64,000 nucleotides of DNA from an uncultured Gemmataceae bacterium (GTDB taxonomy: Bacteria; Planctomycetota; Planctomycetia; Gemmatales; Gemmataceae). The notes beneath the pieces were generated by a model. The model worked only from the letters and a program-made list of their open reading frames with translations, was not told the DNA's origin and searched no databases. Location of the stretch: the NCBI GenBank assembly GCA_963750165.1, contig CAVVPN010000003.1, positions 1,280,001-1,344,000 of the forward strand. The letters are read 5' to 3'. The position numbers and the translations under genes were made by a program. How positions within the stretch are numbered: the first letter of the stretch is position 1; the number at the start of each line of letters is the position of its first letter. Below, piece by piece: positions 1-10,876 of the stretch.

Positions 1-2475
1 GAGCAGCCCCGGCGTGCGATTGCACTCGTCAATGACCTTGTTGGCCTGATTCTCCAGGGCGACCAGGCCCAGATCGCCGCGGTCCTCGACGACGTACTTG
101 AAGCCGCCGCCGATGCCCAGGCCCTGCACCGGCGCCGGGCCGAACACGGCGCAATTCGCCTCGGGCACCTGCTCCGCCAACCTGGCGCGCAGCTTGCCCG
201 CGATCACCTCGCTGTACAGCTCCGGCTCCCGCCGTTCGTGGAAATCGTTCAGCATCAGGAACATTTGCCCGAAATTGGAGCCGTTGGCTCCCAGCACGAA
301 CGACTGACCGCTGATGGAAATGGTGCTCTCGACGCCCGGTTCCGCCTTGCAAATTTTGTCCACGCGCTCCACGACGCGGCGCGTCCGCTCCAGCGAGGCG
401 GCGTCGGGCAGTTGCACGCTGATGAACAGCACGCCCTTGTCCTGCGACGGGATGTAACCGAGCGGCAGCCCGCTGGACGGGTCGAACGACCCCAGCCGTT
501 TGCGGGCCAGGTCGAACGCGGCCGGCTTGCCGTCCGCCGGCGCCGCGCCGCCGTTGCCGACGTGGTTAATCAGCCCGATCAGTGGCTGCGGCAGGCCGCG
601 AAAGCCCACCACGGTCAGGCCCACCAGGCCAACATATAGCACCAGCACGATCACACAGGTGCGCAGCGCCACCTTGACCATCCAGGTGTAAACGTTGGTC
701 GTTTTGGTGAAGGCGAAGTTGAACAGGCGGAAGAAGCGCGCCAGCACGAAGTTGAGCGGCCGAGCGAAGACGCCGCCGAACAGTGCTCCGAGGAGGATGG
801 CGGCGCCGCGGGCGTACCACTCGCTCTGCTGCAGCAGCGCCGCCGTGTTCTCCTCCCAATCCTTCAGGGACTCGATCGCGGCCTGCAGCGCCGGCACCAG
901 CAGCAGCAGGCCGAGGCCGCCGCCCATGAGCGCGAGCACCCACCACGGCATACGTTCGGTCTGCCCGCGGGTGCGCGGCTTGAGCAGCAGGGCTGCCAGG
1001 GCGGGGCTGAGTGTCAGCGAGTTGAACGCGGAGATGACGGTCGAGACGGCGATGGTCAGCGCGAACTGACGGAAGAACTGCCCCGTGATGCCGGTGATGA
1101 ACGCACACGGCACGAACACCGCCGACAGTACCAGCGCCACCGCGACGACCGGGCCGGACACTTCCTGCATGGCCCGGATGGTCGCGTCGCGCGGAGTCAT
1201 GCCGTGCTCGATGTGATGTTCGACCGCCTCCACCACGACGATGGCGTCATCAACGACGATGCCGATCGCCAGCACCAGGCCGAACAGCGTCAGGTTGTTC
1301 AGCGAGAAGCCGATGGCCGCCATCGCCGCGAAGGTGCCGACGATGGCCACCGGCACCGCGCACAGCGGAATGATGGTGGACCGCCAGTTCTGCAGGAAGA
1401 GCAGCACCACCAGGGCGACGAGGATGGTCGCGTCGCGCAACGTCTTGACGACCTCGTTGACGGACTCCTTGATGAACGGCGTGGTGTCGTACTTGATGGC
1501 GTAATCGACGCCGGCCGGGAAATCTTTCTTGAGTTCCTCCATCTTGGCGCGGACGCGCTCGGCGGTGTCCAGGGCGTTGGCGTCCGGCAGCTGGAAGACG
1601 GCCAGGTTGGCGGTGGGCATACCGTTCAGCTTCGAGAGGATGTCCTGGCTCTTGGGCCCGACCTCGGCGCGGCCCACGTCCTTGACGCGGAGCATGCGGC
1701 CGTCTGGTGAGGTGCGGATGACAATGTGGTCGAACTGCTCCGGCGTGTCCAGGCGGCCGAGCGTGGACAGCGTGATCTGCTGGCGCTGACCGCGCGGGGC
1801 GGGCGGCTGGCCGGTCATGCCGACGGGGGCCTGGGTGTTCTGGCTGCGCACCGCCGCCGTCACGTCGCCGGCGCTGAGGCTGTGCGCTGCCATGCGATCC
1901 GGGTCGAGCCAGATCCGCATGCTGTAGTCGAGCTGGCCGAAGATAATCACGTCGCCGACGCCATCGACACGGGCCATCTCGTCCTTGACGTACAGCGTGG
2001 TGTAGTTGCTCAGATAGAGTTGATCGCGGCTCTTGTCGGGCGAGATCATGCTGACCAGCAGCAGAATGTCCGGCGAGCGCTTGCGGGTGAGTACGCCGGT
2101 CTGTTTGACCACCTCGGGCAACAGCGGCAGCGCCAGGTTGACGCGGTTCTGCACCAGCACCTGCGCGAAGTTCAGGTTGACGCCCGGCTTGAAGGTGACG
2201 GTCAGCGTGTAGGCGCCGTCGTTGGTCGATTGCGAGGACATGTAGAGCATGTTCTCGACGCCGTTGACCTGCTGCTCGATGGGGGCGGCGATGGTTTCGG
2301 AGACGACCTGGGCGCTGGCGCCGGGGTAGTTGCAATTGACGATGATGCTCGGCGGCGTGATCGGCGGGTACTGCGCCAGCGGCAGGTTCAACAGCGACAC
2401 GCCGCCCGCCAGGGTGATGACGATGGACAGCACCGTGGCGAAGATGGGCCGGTCGATGAAGAAGCGCGAGAACAT
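1..2475 (-). CDS. RND efflux transporter permease subunit (AcrB/HAE1 family), 3' end runs off the window
   Basis: Reverse strand from ATG at 2475 reads MFSRFFIDRPIFATVLSIVITLAGG...; contains GIVVDDAIVVVE and SALTLSPAL-like (NSLTLSPAL) RND motifs; still in the same frame at position 1; directly downstream of an MFP gene. Confidence 0.95.
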   Translation of the reverse strand, partial: MFSRFFIDRPIFATVLSIVITLAGGVSLLNLPLAQYPPITPPSIIVNCNYPGASAQVVSETIAAPIEQQVNGVENMLYMSSQSTNDGAYTLTVTFKPGVNLNFAQVLVQNRVNLALPLLPEVVKQTGVLTRKRSPDILLLVSMISPDKSRDQLYLSNYTTLYVKDEMARVDGVGDVIIFGQLDYSMRIWLDPDRMAAHSLSAGDVTAAVRSQNTQAPVGMTGQPPAPRGQRQQITLSTLGRLDTPEQFDHIVIRTSPDGRMLRVKDVGRAEVGPKSQDILSKLNGMPTANLAVFQLPDANALDTAERVRAKMEELKKDFPAGVDYAIKYDTTPFIKESVNEVVKTLRDATILVALVVLLFLQNWRSTIIPLCAVPVAIVGTFAAMAAIGFSLNNLTLFGLVLAIGIVVDDAIVVVEAVEHHIEHGMTPRDATIRAMQEVSGPVVAVALVLSAVFVPCAFITGITGQFFRQFALTIAVSTVISAFNSLTLSPALAALLLKPRTRGQTERMPWWVLALMGGGLGLLLLVPALQAAIESLKDWEENTAALLQQSEWYARGAAILLGALFGGVFARPLNFVLARFFRLFNFAFTKTTNVYTWMVKVALRTCVIVLVLYVGLVGLTVVGFRGLPQPLIGLINHVGNGGAAPADGKPAAFDLARKRLGSFDPSSGLPLGYIPSQDKGVLFISVQLPDAASLERTRRVVERVDKICKAEPGVESTISISGQSFVLGANGSNFGQMFLMLNDFHERREPELYSEVIAGKLRARLAEQVPEANCAVFGPAPVQGLGIGGGFKYVVEDRGDLGLVALENQANKVIDECNRTPGLL

Positions 2476-2502
2476 GCCCGATCCCTTGATTGCAAATATT
2501 AG

Positions 2503-2790
2503 GTTCGCAGTACCGCCTTTAGGCGGAATCAGCGCGTCCGGTTCCGGCTAGAGCGGTTCGCGTTTGGGTAGCGCACAAGTCGTGGGACGGCTCTCCAGAG
2601 CCGTCAGCGTTCTCCCGACGGCTCTGGAGAGCCGTCCCACGACTTGTAGTCCACGCGACTGGGAACCGCTCTAGAGCGGTTCGCAGTTGGGTGTAGCGGA
2701 AGTCGCCAGACTTCCGTCCGGTGCTGCTCGGAAGTCTGGCGACTTCCGCTACACCCATTCGCAATCTGCAATAAAGCCGGTACTACGAAC
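2503..2790. repeat. Composite nested repeat: REP-like inverted pair (GTTCGYAGTACCG..) whose right arm is split by two TA-flanked MITE units, each holding a REP doublet
   Basis: Left arm gttcgcagtaccgcctttaggcggaa (2503-2528) pairs with the right arm once ttccggcTA (2542-2550) is rejoined to aagccggtactacgaac (2774-2790); internal perfect palindromes at 2575-2647 and 2688-2757. Confidence 0.85.
2551..2671. mobile_element. Putative MITE with GAGCGGTTC terminal inverted repeats and TA target duplication
   Basis: TA|gagcggttc ... gaaccgctc|TA; a second unit with the same left end starts at 2674 and a third lies at 46063-46345. Confidence 0.7.
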
Positions 2791-2797
2791 AGGGGTC

Positions 2798-2826
2798 TTT
2801 CAATTTGCAATCTGCAATTTGCAATT
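2798..2826. repeat. Short heptamer tandem repeat (TTGCAAT-like, 4 copies)
   Basis: tttcaat ttgcaat ctgcaat ttgcaat, adjoining the MFP stop codon. Confidence 0.7.
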
Positions 2827-4107
2827 ATTTGGCGTTGGTGACGAGCGTCTTGCGGTTGCCGGTGTAGTCCTCCATCGGCACCGGGTTGCTCGGCTGCACC
2901 GGCATACCGGCGCGAATGCTTTGCAGCCGCGTCACCACGACGCGGTCCTCCCGGGTGACGCCTTCCTCGATGACGCGCATGCCGTCCGCTTGCAGCGCGC
3001 CGATCTTGACCGTCTTCTGCACCACCTTGTCATCCTTGCCCACGACGTAAACGACCTTGCGGCCCTGGTCGGTGCCCAGGGCGGCCTCGGCGACCAGCAG
3101 CACCTTGTGCGGCCGGCCGATCGGCACCTGCACGCGCACGAACATGCCCGGCGACAGCAACCGCGTCAGGTTTGGGAAGACGCCGCGCGCCCGCAGCGTA
3201 CCGGTCAGCGAATCGACCTGGTTATCGACGAAATTCACGGCGCCCTTGTGCGGGTAGCTGTCCTCATCCGCCAGCCCCATGTGGACCGTCACCCGGCTGA
3301 AGCCGTGCGCCCCGGCGATGAAGCCGGCGCCCGGCACCAGATGGCCCAGGCCCACCAGCGCCGGCACCCGCGGAATGCGGGCGCTGGACACCTTGCCCTC
3401 CTCGACGAGCCGGCGCACGCGCAGCATGGTGCGCTCGTCCACGAAGAAGGTGGCGTACATCGGCTCCAGCGAAACGAGGTTGGTCAGCACCGTCTCGTTG
3501 GCCTTGACGATGTTGCCCGGATCGACCTGGCGCTTGCTGATGCGGCCGCTGAGCGGAGCGCGGATTTCGGTGTAGGCGAAGGTCACGCGCGCCATGGCCA
3601 GGCTGGCCTCGGAGACCAGGACCTGGGCCCTGGCCACCTCGAAGTCGCGGATGGCCTTGTCCTTGTCCTGGGCACTGATGCCCTTCTCGGCCTTGGTGGC
3701 GCGGTTGTAGTCGCGTTCGGCGCCGCGCAGGTCCGCCCGGGCCCGCTCCAGATCGGCCTCCGCCTTGTCCAGGTCGGCCTTGAAGGGGGCCTGCTGGATC
3801 TTGAAGAGCAGCATGCCCTCCTCAACGTCCTGGCCCTCCTCGAAGTACGCCGCCTCCAGGTTACCGGTGACCTGCGGCTTGATGTCCACGTTGCGGTACG
3901 GCTCGGTGCGGCCGGTGAAGACCTCGTGGTCGGTGACGGTGCGCGTGATCGGGTAGCTGACGCGCACGTCGAGTGGCTTCAGGTGCTTCTTGGTGTCTGC
4001 TTCGCTGCAGCCCAGCACGGCGACGCCGGTACACAGCGTCAGCGCAAACAGACCGCCGCGCCAGGGGATGGTCCGCGCCGCGCGGCGCACAGGGGGATGA
4101 AGGGCAT
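2825..4107 (-). CDS. RND efflux periplasmic adaptor (membrane fusion protein), lipoprotein; probable 1-nt indel near the start
   Basis: ORF 2825-4090 has MFP features (lipobox VLGC, TEIRAPLSGRI, VDNQVDSLTGT, LSPGMFVRV); an AGGAG RBS precedes an ATG at 4107 that is out of frame by one base across a 5-nt homopolymer at 4092-4096. Confidence 0.9.
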
Positions 4108-4230
4108 GCTTTCGACTCCTGCTGCCGATAGGTCGTGGCCCGTGCCGCCGTCTTGCGGACTGACTGGTCAGTCAGATTAGTTATAGCCGAGGGGATCGCC
4201 AAAGGGAAGAGCTTCCGTGGTGCAGGCGGC

Positions 4231-5142
4231 TCATCTGCCCAGCAGTTCGCGGGCGCCGCTCGCCAGCAGTTGCTCGGCCAGCCGCTGGCCCAGTTCCTCC
4301 GCGGTCCCGATGCCGCCGGCGATGTCCGCCTCGATACGCCGCTTGCCGTCCGGGTCGATGACCACGCCGCGCAGCGTCAGCCGCTCGTCCGTCACCACCG
4401 TCGCGGCGCCGACCGGCACCTGACAGCCGCCGCCCAGGCCGCGCAGCAGCGCCCGCTCCGCCAGCACCGCGGCCCGCGTCGCCGCGTCGTTCAGCGGCCC
4501 CAGCAGCGCCCGCGTCCGCTCGTCGTCGGCCCGACACTCCAGCCCCAGCGCCCCCTGACCAACCGCCGGCAACATCCACATCGGGTCCAGGATTTCCGTG
4601 ATCGCGTCCTGCAACCCCAGCCGCTCCAGGCCCGCCTGCGCCAGCACGGTCGCGTCCAGCCCCTGCTCGTCCAGCTTGCGCAGCCGCGTCTCGACGTTGC
4701 CGCGGATGTTGACCAGGTGCAGGTCCGGCCGCCGGTGCAGCAGCTGCGCCCGCCGTCGCAGACTGCTGGTCGCCACCGTCGCGCCCGGCGGCAGCGCGGC
4801 GAAGGAGCGGTGGCGCTTCGAGACAAAGGCGTCACCGGTTGGGCCGCGGCGCGGCACCGCGGCCAGGATGAGCCCCTCGACCGCGAACGTCGGCAGGTCT
4901 TTCAGGCTGTGAACGGCCACGTCCACACTGCCGATCTGCAGAGAACGTTGAATCTCCTTGGTGAACAGACCGTCGCCGCCGAGCTGCGCCAGCGGCGCGT
5001 CGCGCACCTGGTCGCCGGTGGTCTCGATCTCCACCAGTTCGACGGGCTGCTGCGGCGCGACGGTGTGGAGTAGCGCGGTAACGTGATGGGCCTGCCACAG
5101 GGCCAGTGGGCTGCCACGGGTGCCGATGCGAAGAGGGGTCAT
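4231..5142 (-). CDS. hemC: Hydroxymethylbilane synthase (porphobilinogen deaminase)
   Basis: IGTRGSPLALWQA, GLFTKEI, AVHSLKDLP, TSSLRRRAQ, IRGNVETRL, GGGCQVPVG motifs. Confidence 0.98.
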   Translation of the reverse strand: MTPLRIGTRGSPLALWQAHHVTALLHTVAPQQPVELVEIETTGDQVRDAPLAQLGGDGLFTKEIQRSLQIGSVDVAVHSLKDLPTFAVEGLILAAVPRRGPTGDAFVSKRHRSFAALPPGATVATSSLRRRAQLLHRRPDLHLVNIRGNVETRLRKLDEQGLDATVLAQAGLERLGLQDAITEILDPMWMLPAVGQGALGLECRADDERTRALLGPLNDAATRAAVLAERALLRGLGGGCQVPVGAATVVTDERLTLRGVVIDPDGKRRIEADIAGGIGTAEELGQRLAEQLLASGARELLGR

Positions 5143-5170
5143 GGTGTTCTGCCGCCTGCGATCCAGCGAA

Positions 5171-5384
5171 TCTTTGCCCCGAAGGGGCCGAACAACTTAG
5201 CCCAGGGCAACGCCCTGGGAACCGGGAAGGACCCCCATCCGTTCTTTTACCCGCCCCGAAGGGGCACAACAACCATCGTTGTCCCGCCCCTTCAGGGCGG
5301 GGAAGAAAGAGGGGTTGGGGTTGGCCGTCGCGTCCCCAGGGCGTTGCCCTGGGCTAAGTTGTTCGGCCCCCTTCGGGGCAAAGA
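5171..5384. repeat. ~210-bp multi-hairpin REP-like element (GCCCCGAAGGGGC / GCCCAGGGCAACGCCCTGGG)
   Basis: Long terminal inverted repeats with internal hairpins; an inverted second copy lies at 15228-15582. Confidence 0.9.
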
Positions 5385-5420
5385 AGAGAAGGGATCTGGT
5401 CCACTCCCAAGTTCCCAAGG

Positions 5421-5888
5421 TTATGAATGCGCTTCCCGAAGGTGTTGACGTAGCAGGGCGGTGGTTTCAGCGCGGCTCACGGGGCCGGTTTCGAGGCGGC
5501 GCCGCTCCGCGGGGTCGCGCTCGGCCCGGTCCAGGGCGAGCCAGACGGCCCGGAGCGTGTCCGGGTCGTCGTGGGCGCGCGGGAACAGGTGCCAGTGTGG
5601 GTGCGCCACCTGATTGCCGAGCAGTTCCCAATTGAGCTTGCGCGGCGCTACCGCCCGCTCGACCGCCCGGCCGAGCAGGCACAATTCCTCAAAAAAGCCG
5701 CGGCGTTCGCCGTCCGGCAGGTGGGTCAGCTCCGCGGCGTGACGGCGCGCGACGAGCACACAGTAGCCGTGATAGTACTGCCACGGCCCGAGGAAGGCGA
5801 CGGAATGCGGGAACTGCCAGACGACCTCCTCGTCCGGCAGTTCGTGCAGGGTCAGCAGTTTACGACAAAGCGGACAGTCCTCAGTCAT
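5421..5888 (-). CDS. HIT family protein
   Basis: N-terminal CPLC and histidine triad LGNQVAHPHWHLFPR. Confidence 0.9.
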   Translation of the reverse strand: MTEDCPLCRKLLTLHELPDEEVVWQFPHSVAFLGPWQYYHGYCVLVARRHAAELTHLPDGERRGFFEELCLLGRAVERAVAPRKLNWELLGNQVAHPHWHLFPRAHDDPDTLRAVWLALDRAERDPAERRRLETGPVSRAETTALLRQHLREAHS

Positions 5889-5912
5889 GAATGGCCATCC
5901 GTGGTCCTGACG

Positions 5913-7082
5913 TTACCAATCGCCGCCCCCGCCGCCGCCACCGAAATCACCACCGCCACCACCCCCCCAATCGCCACCACCACCACCGCCGCCGCCAGCG
6001 TCACCGCCACCCCAGTCACCACCACCGCCGCCCCCAGTGTCACCACCGCCCCAGTCGCCACCGCCACCACCGCCGGCGTCTCCGCCGCCGCCCTGGTCGC
6101 CACCGCCGCCCTGGTCGCCGCCGCTCCAGTCGCCGCCCGCACCGGACGAGCCGGTGCCCACGTCACTGCCCTGGTCGATGCCGCCACCGCCACCGCCGCC
6201 GTAGTTGCTTGGCGGGGGCGACCCATAGGCGCTGGGACCGCCGCCGCCGAAGAAGTGGCTGTACATCCACATGCCGGCCGCCGCACCGAACAGGCCGCCC
6301 AGCAGGCTCGGGAAAAAGCCGCCGCCCCCACCGCCGCCGCCGCCGTAACCACCGCCACCGTAGCCGCCACCATAGCCCGCCGGCCGGCCAGCTCCCGACA
6401 GGGCCCGGAAGATCGCGATCACGACCCAGATCACGAGGAGCACCACCACACCGATGCAGATCCAGGGCAAGATGTACTCGTACCACGGGGTCGCCGTCGT
6501 GCCGCCGTCACCCCGCCGGGACGCAGCCGCGTTCTGGTTCATGGTGCGCCGGACGTAGTCGGCGCCTTCCAGCAACGCGGCGTCCCACTTCGCCTGGGCG
6601 GTGTTTTGGTCGCCTTTCTCCTGCGCGGTGGCGGCCTCCTTGATCCGGGTCAGCATCAGGTTCCGCAGTTCCCTGGCGTTCTCCGTCGTGAACAGGCCCT
6701 CGTTGCGCGTCCGATTGCCCACCTGGACGCGGAGCAGGTGCGGCTTCAGGCAGATCAGGACCATGACGCCGTTGACCTGGCGCTGGTCGAACAGGTCACT
6801 GGCCCATTGTCCCGCGAACGCCTCCGCCTTTTGATCCTTGTACTTTTCCGGGGCCGAGCCGAACGTCTCAATGTACAGATCCTTGTTGTGTTCCCGTTTG
6901 ATTGTTTTGATGGCAACAAACGCTTGCTCCTTGGCGGCAACGCTGAAGCGGTTGATGGGGTCTTCCACCGGTCGGGCCGACGTCGTTTGCTTGTTTTTCT
7001 GGGCCGCTGCCGGCCCGACCGCGACCAGCCAGCCGATCAGCACCAGGCCCATCGGCAAAATCCAGCGTCCCAGGAAGTGCAT
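5913..7082 (-). CDS. TPM-domain-like membrane protein with Gly-rich C-terminal tail
   Basis: GAGGAG RBS before ATG at 7082; signal peptide, TPM-like core (VNGVMVLICLKPHLLRVQVG), TM helix, then repeated GGGGDW tail. Confidence 0.75.
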   Translation of the reverse strand: MHFLGRWILPMGLVLIGWLVAVGPAAAQKNKQTTSARPVEDPINRFSVAAKEQAFVAIKTIKREHNKDLYIETFGSAPEKYKDQKAEAFAGQWASDLFDQRQVNGVMVLICLKPHLLRVQVGNRTRNEGLFTTENARELRNLMLTRIKEAATAQEKGDQNTAQAKWDAALLEGADYVRRTMNQNAAASRRGDGGTTATPWYEYILPWICIGVVVLLVIWVVIAIFRALSGAGRPAGYGGGYGGGGYGGGGGGGGGFFPSLLGGLFGAAAGMWMYSHFFGGGGPSAYGSPPPSNYGGGGGGGIDQGSDVGTGSSGAGGDWSGGDQGGGGDQGGGGDAGGGGGGDWGGGDTGGGGGGDWGGGDAGGGGGGGGDWGGGGGGDFGGGGGGGDW

Positions 7083-7308
7083 GACATTCTCCTCTGCGAA
7101 GGGTGCGCCCATTTCCCCGTACTTCGTCAAAACGGCGGCAATCTTGCGCCGTCCGAGGCAGCGGTACGGTAACCCGGCGCTACATCTTATGATATACGGT
7201 AGGGTTTTGCAGCGGGCCGACACGAGGCCATCGCGGCGGCCCGTCCTATAACAAGCAAAGGCCGTGCCCGGCCGGCACGCCGTTCGCCTCGAACGAGAGG
7301 AGGTAGCC

Positions 7309-7842
7309 ATGAGCCCGTTTCGTTCCACCACCATCCTGGCCGTGCGCCACAATGACGCCGTGGCCATCGGCGGCGACGGCCAGGTGACGTTGGGCAACGT
7401 CGTCATGAAAAGCGACGCCCACAAGATTCGCCGCCTGCACGAGGGCAAGGTGGTCGTCGGCTTCGCCGGCGCCTCCGCGGACGCCTTCGCACTGCTGGAG
7501 CGCTTCGAGGCCAAACTCAAGGACGCCCAGGGCAGTGTGCCGCGCGCCGCCACCGAGCTGGCCAAGGAGTGGCGCACCGACCGTATGCTGCGCCGCCTCG
7601 AAGCCATGATGATCGCCGTGGACAACCAGCACCTTTTGCTGGTCAGCGGCACCGGCGACGTGATCCAGCCGACCGATGGCGTTTGCGCCATCGGCTCGGG
7701 CGGCTCCTACGCGCTGGCGGCGGCGCGGGCGCTGATGGCCCACTCGACGCTGACCGCCGCGCAGATCGTCCGCCACGCCCTGGAGATCGCCGGCGACATC
7801 TGCATTTACACGAACCGCAACATCGATGTGCAAGAAGTATAA
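7309..7842 (+). CDS. hslV: ATP-dependent protease subunit HslV
   Basis: [56 protein letters not shown]. Confidence 0.98.
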   Translation: MSPFRSTTILAVRHNDAVAIGGDGQVTLGNVVMKSDAHKIRRLHEGKVVVGFAGASADAFALLERFEAKLKDAQGSVPRAATELAKEWRTDRMLRRLEAMMIAVDNQHLLLVSGTGDVIQPTDGVCAIGSGGSYALAAARALMAHSTLTAAQIVRHALEIAGDICIYTNRNIDVQEV

Positions 7843-7857
7843 CCGGGAGAAGCACCC

Positions 7858-9192
<1,335 letters not shown>

Positions 9193-9196
9193 CCCA

Positions 9197-9268
9197 AAGG
9201 CGAGCGGCGCGGCGTCAGCCCGCCGGTAACTCGCAGTACCGGCGGGCTGACGCCGCGCCGCTCGCCTT
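9197..9268. repeat. Perfect long inverted repeat (REP-like doublet, possible bidirectional terminator)
   Basis: aaggcgagcggcgcggcgtcagcccgccggta - 8 nt - exact reverse complement, between convergent genes. Confidence 0.8.
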
Positions 9269-9273
9269 ACCGA

Positions 9274-9714
9274 TCACGACGTGTGATCGTGGATGATGCG
9301 CCACTGGCCCTTGACCTTGTGAAAGATCAGGGTAAAGAGCCCCTCGGCGGTCTCCTTCTTCAGCGTCAGCACGAAGCGGCCGCGCACGAACGCATGGTCG
9401 GCGCCGGCCATCTGAATGTCGAGGTCGCGAAAAGCCAGCTGGCCCATTTCCTTGCCGTCAGCCTGGTACGTCTTCTGATAGCGCTCCAGCGTCGCCGCCC
9501 AGCCGCGCGTCACCTTCTTGCCGGCGTAGAACGTCAGGTTCGGCGACTGCCAGTAGCCCTGCATGAAGCCCTTCAGATCGCCCTTGTTCCAGGCCGCCAC
9601 CTGGGCGTCGAGGACCGCGCGCACCGCCTGCTTGCCGTCCTGCGGCTGCGGCTGCGCGGCCGCCAGCGCCGCCAGCAGCGCCAGGCCGGTCAGGACCGTC
9701 AGCGGTCGCGTCAT
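9274..9714 (-). CDS. Secreted NTF2-like / DUF4440 (YybH-like) protein
   Basis: Signal peptide; AWNKGDLKGFMQGYW, GLFTL, WRIIHDHTS motifs. Confidence 0.9.
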   Translation of the reverse strand: MTRPLTVLTGLALLAALAAAQPQPQDGKQAVRAVLDAQVAAWNKGDLKGFMQGYWQSPNLTFYAGKKVTRGWAATLERYQKTYQADGKEMGQLAFRDLDIQMAGADHAFVRGRFVLTLKKETAEGLFTLIFHKVKGQWRIIHDHTS

Positions 9715-10835
9715 AGCGGGTTCTCCTTGTCGTCGGGAGTGAGGTCAATGTTCACGTCCAGCGGCTTGCCAGACAGATCCTGCAAGTCGAGTTCGATCCA
9801 CTCCTCCTCACCAGGAACCTTGGCGGGAGTTGGCGGCGCCGGCGGCGTCTGGGCGTGGGCGACCGGCGGCAGCGGCGCGGCCGCCGGGGGCGTGGGCGCG
9901 GCCGCGGTCGCGCCGGCCGGCGGCACGTGGGCCTGGTCGAACAGCCCCTGGTGGAAGCGCTGGCCGTTGACCTCCAGGGTGAAATAGTCAGCGTCGAGCG
10001 GCACCTCGAACTCCAGGTACGCGGGCAGGCCGCCCTTGCCATAGTCGCGCAGAACGCGGCCCTTCGAGTCGAGGAGGCGGCCGTGGTCCGCGACGCGGGC
10101 GTGCCTGTCCACGACTTCCGCGAAGATTTCCTGCACCACACGCATTTCCGCGGCGATCTTGTGGTCCCACAGGTCCACGTCGGTGCCGGTGTCCAGGTCG
10201 TCCAACTCGATCATCTGACTTTCGTTGATTTCCGGGCCGACGCCGATGAGCACGAACTTGACCGGGTTGCGCCGGCCCGCGGCGATGTCGCGGGCCAGGT
10301 TCGTGCTGTAGCGCTCGACGGCGTCCAGGTCGTGCAGTTCGCCGTCGGTGATGAAGACGAAGAAGCCCCACGGGGCGGAGCGGAAACGCTCGACGAAGTA
10401 GCGCACCGCCGGCAGCAGCTGCGTGCCGGTGCCAAAATCCTTCGGTGGCCCGAACGTGTGCTGTTCCGCCTCGTCGGCGCGGAAGTCGCCGACCACCTCG
10501 ATATGGCCGCCACCCTCGCCGGTGGCCCAGTAGATGCAGGTGGTGCCGCCGTCCGCGTCAATCTTGCGCGCCAGGTAGGCGCAGATGCGCTGGGCGATGG
10601 GCGTGATCTCGTTGACCGGCTTGTGTTTCTTGAACAACGGCGACACGACACCGCCGCCGTCGTCGATGCCGTAGAGCTTGTACATGGAGCCGGAGCCGTC
10701 GAGGGCGATGCCGGTCTGGGCGCCTGCGCGGTGCGGCTCCATCAGGATGGTGGCGACGACGCGCGTGCGGTCGTTGTCGGCCGGGTAGACGTTCACCTCG
10801 CCGAAGGGTTCGTTGACGTGTTTCAACTGGGTCAT
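9711..10835 (-). CDS. vWA domain protein (TerF-like vWA), paralogue 2 with Pro/Ala linker and acidic tail
   Basis: MIDAS motif DGSGS, GTGT, FITDG, ELDDLDTG; start MTQLKHV parallels paralogue 1. Confidence 0.8.
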   Translation of the reverse strand: MTQLKHVNEPFGEVNVYPADNDRTRVVATILMEPHRAGAQTGIALDGSGSMYKLYGIDDGGGVVSPLFKKHKPVNEITPIAQRICAYLARKIDADGGTTCIYWATGEGGGHIEVVGDFRADEAEQHTFGPPKDFGTGTQLLPAVRYFVERFRSAPWGFFVFITDGELHDLDAVERYSTNLARDIAAGRRNPVKFVLIGVGPEINESQMIELDDLDTGTDVDLWDHKIAAEMRVVQEIFAEVVDRHARVADHGRLLDSKGRVLRDYGKGGLPAYLEFEVPLDADYFTLEVNGQRFHQGLFDQAHVPPAGATAAAPTPPAAAPLPPVAHAQTPPAPPTPAKVPGEEEWIELDLQDLSGKPLDVNIDLTPDDKENPL

Positions 10836-10850
10836 GGGGGATCCTCGTGG

Positions 10851-10870
10851 TTCTGCCGCTTGCGGCAGAA
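10851..10870. repeat. Short hairpin of the GCCGCAAGCGGC repeat family
   Basis: ttctgccgc tt gcggcagaa; near-identical hairpin at 36754-36773. Confidence 0.7.
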
Positions 10871-10876
10871 GAAACA

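Noticed and set aside
5083..5448. Small ORFs containing PRALPWA / LSPGQRPG (also at 15359-15601)
   Set aside because: These are translations of the palindromic repeat element, not genes.
7150..7308. CIRCE or other heat-shock operator upstream of hslVU
   Set aside because: No TTAGCACTC-N9-GAGTGCTAA-like inverted repeat is visible.
7083..7691. N-terminal extension of the 592-aa ORF 5913-7691
   Set aside because: It overlaps hslV on the opposite strand; the RBS and signal peptide indicate a start at 7082.
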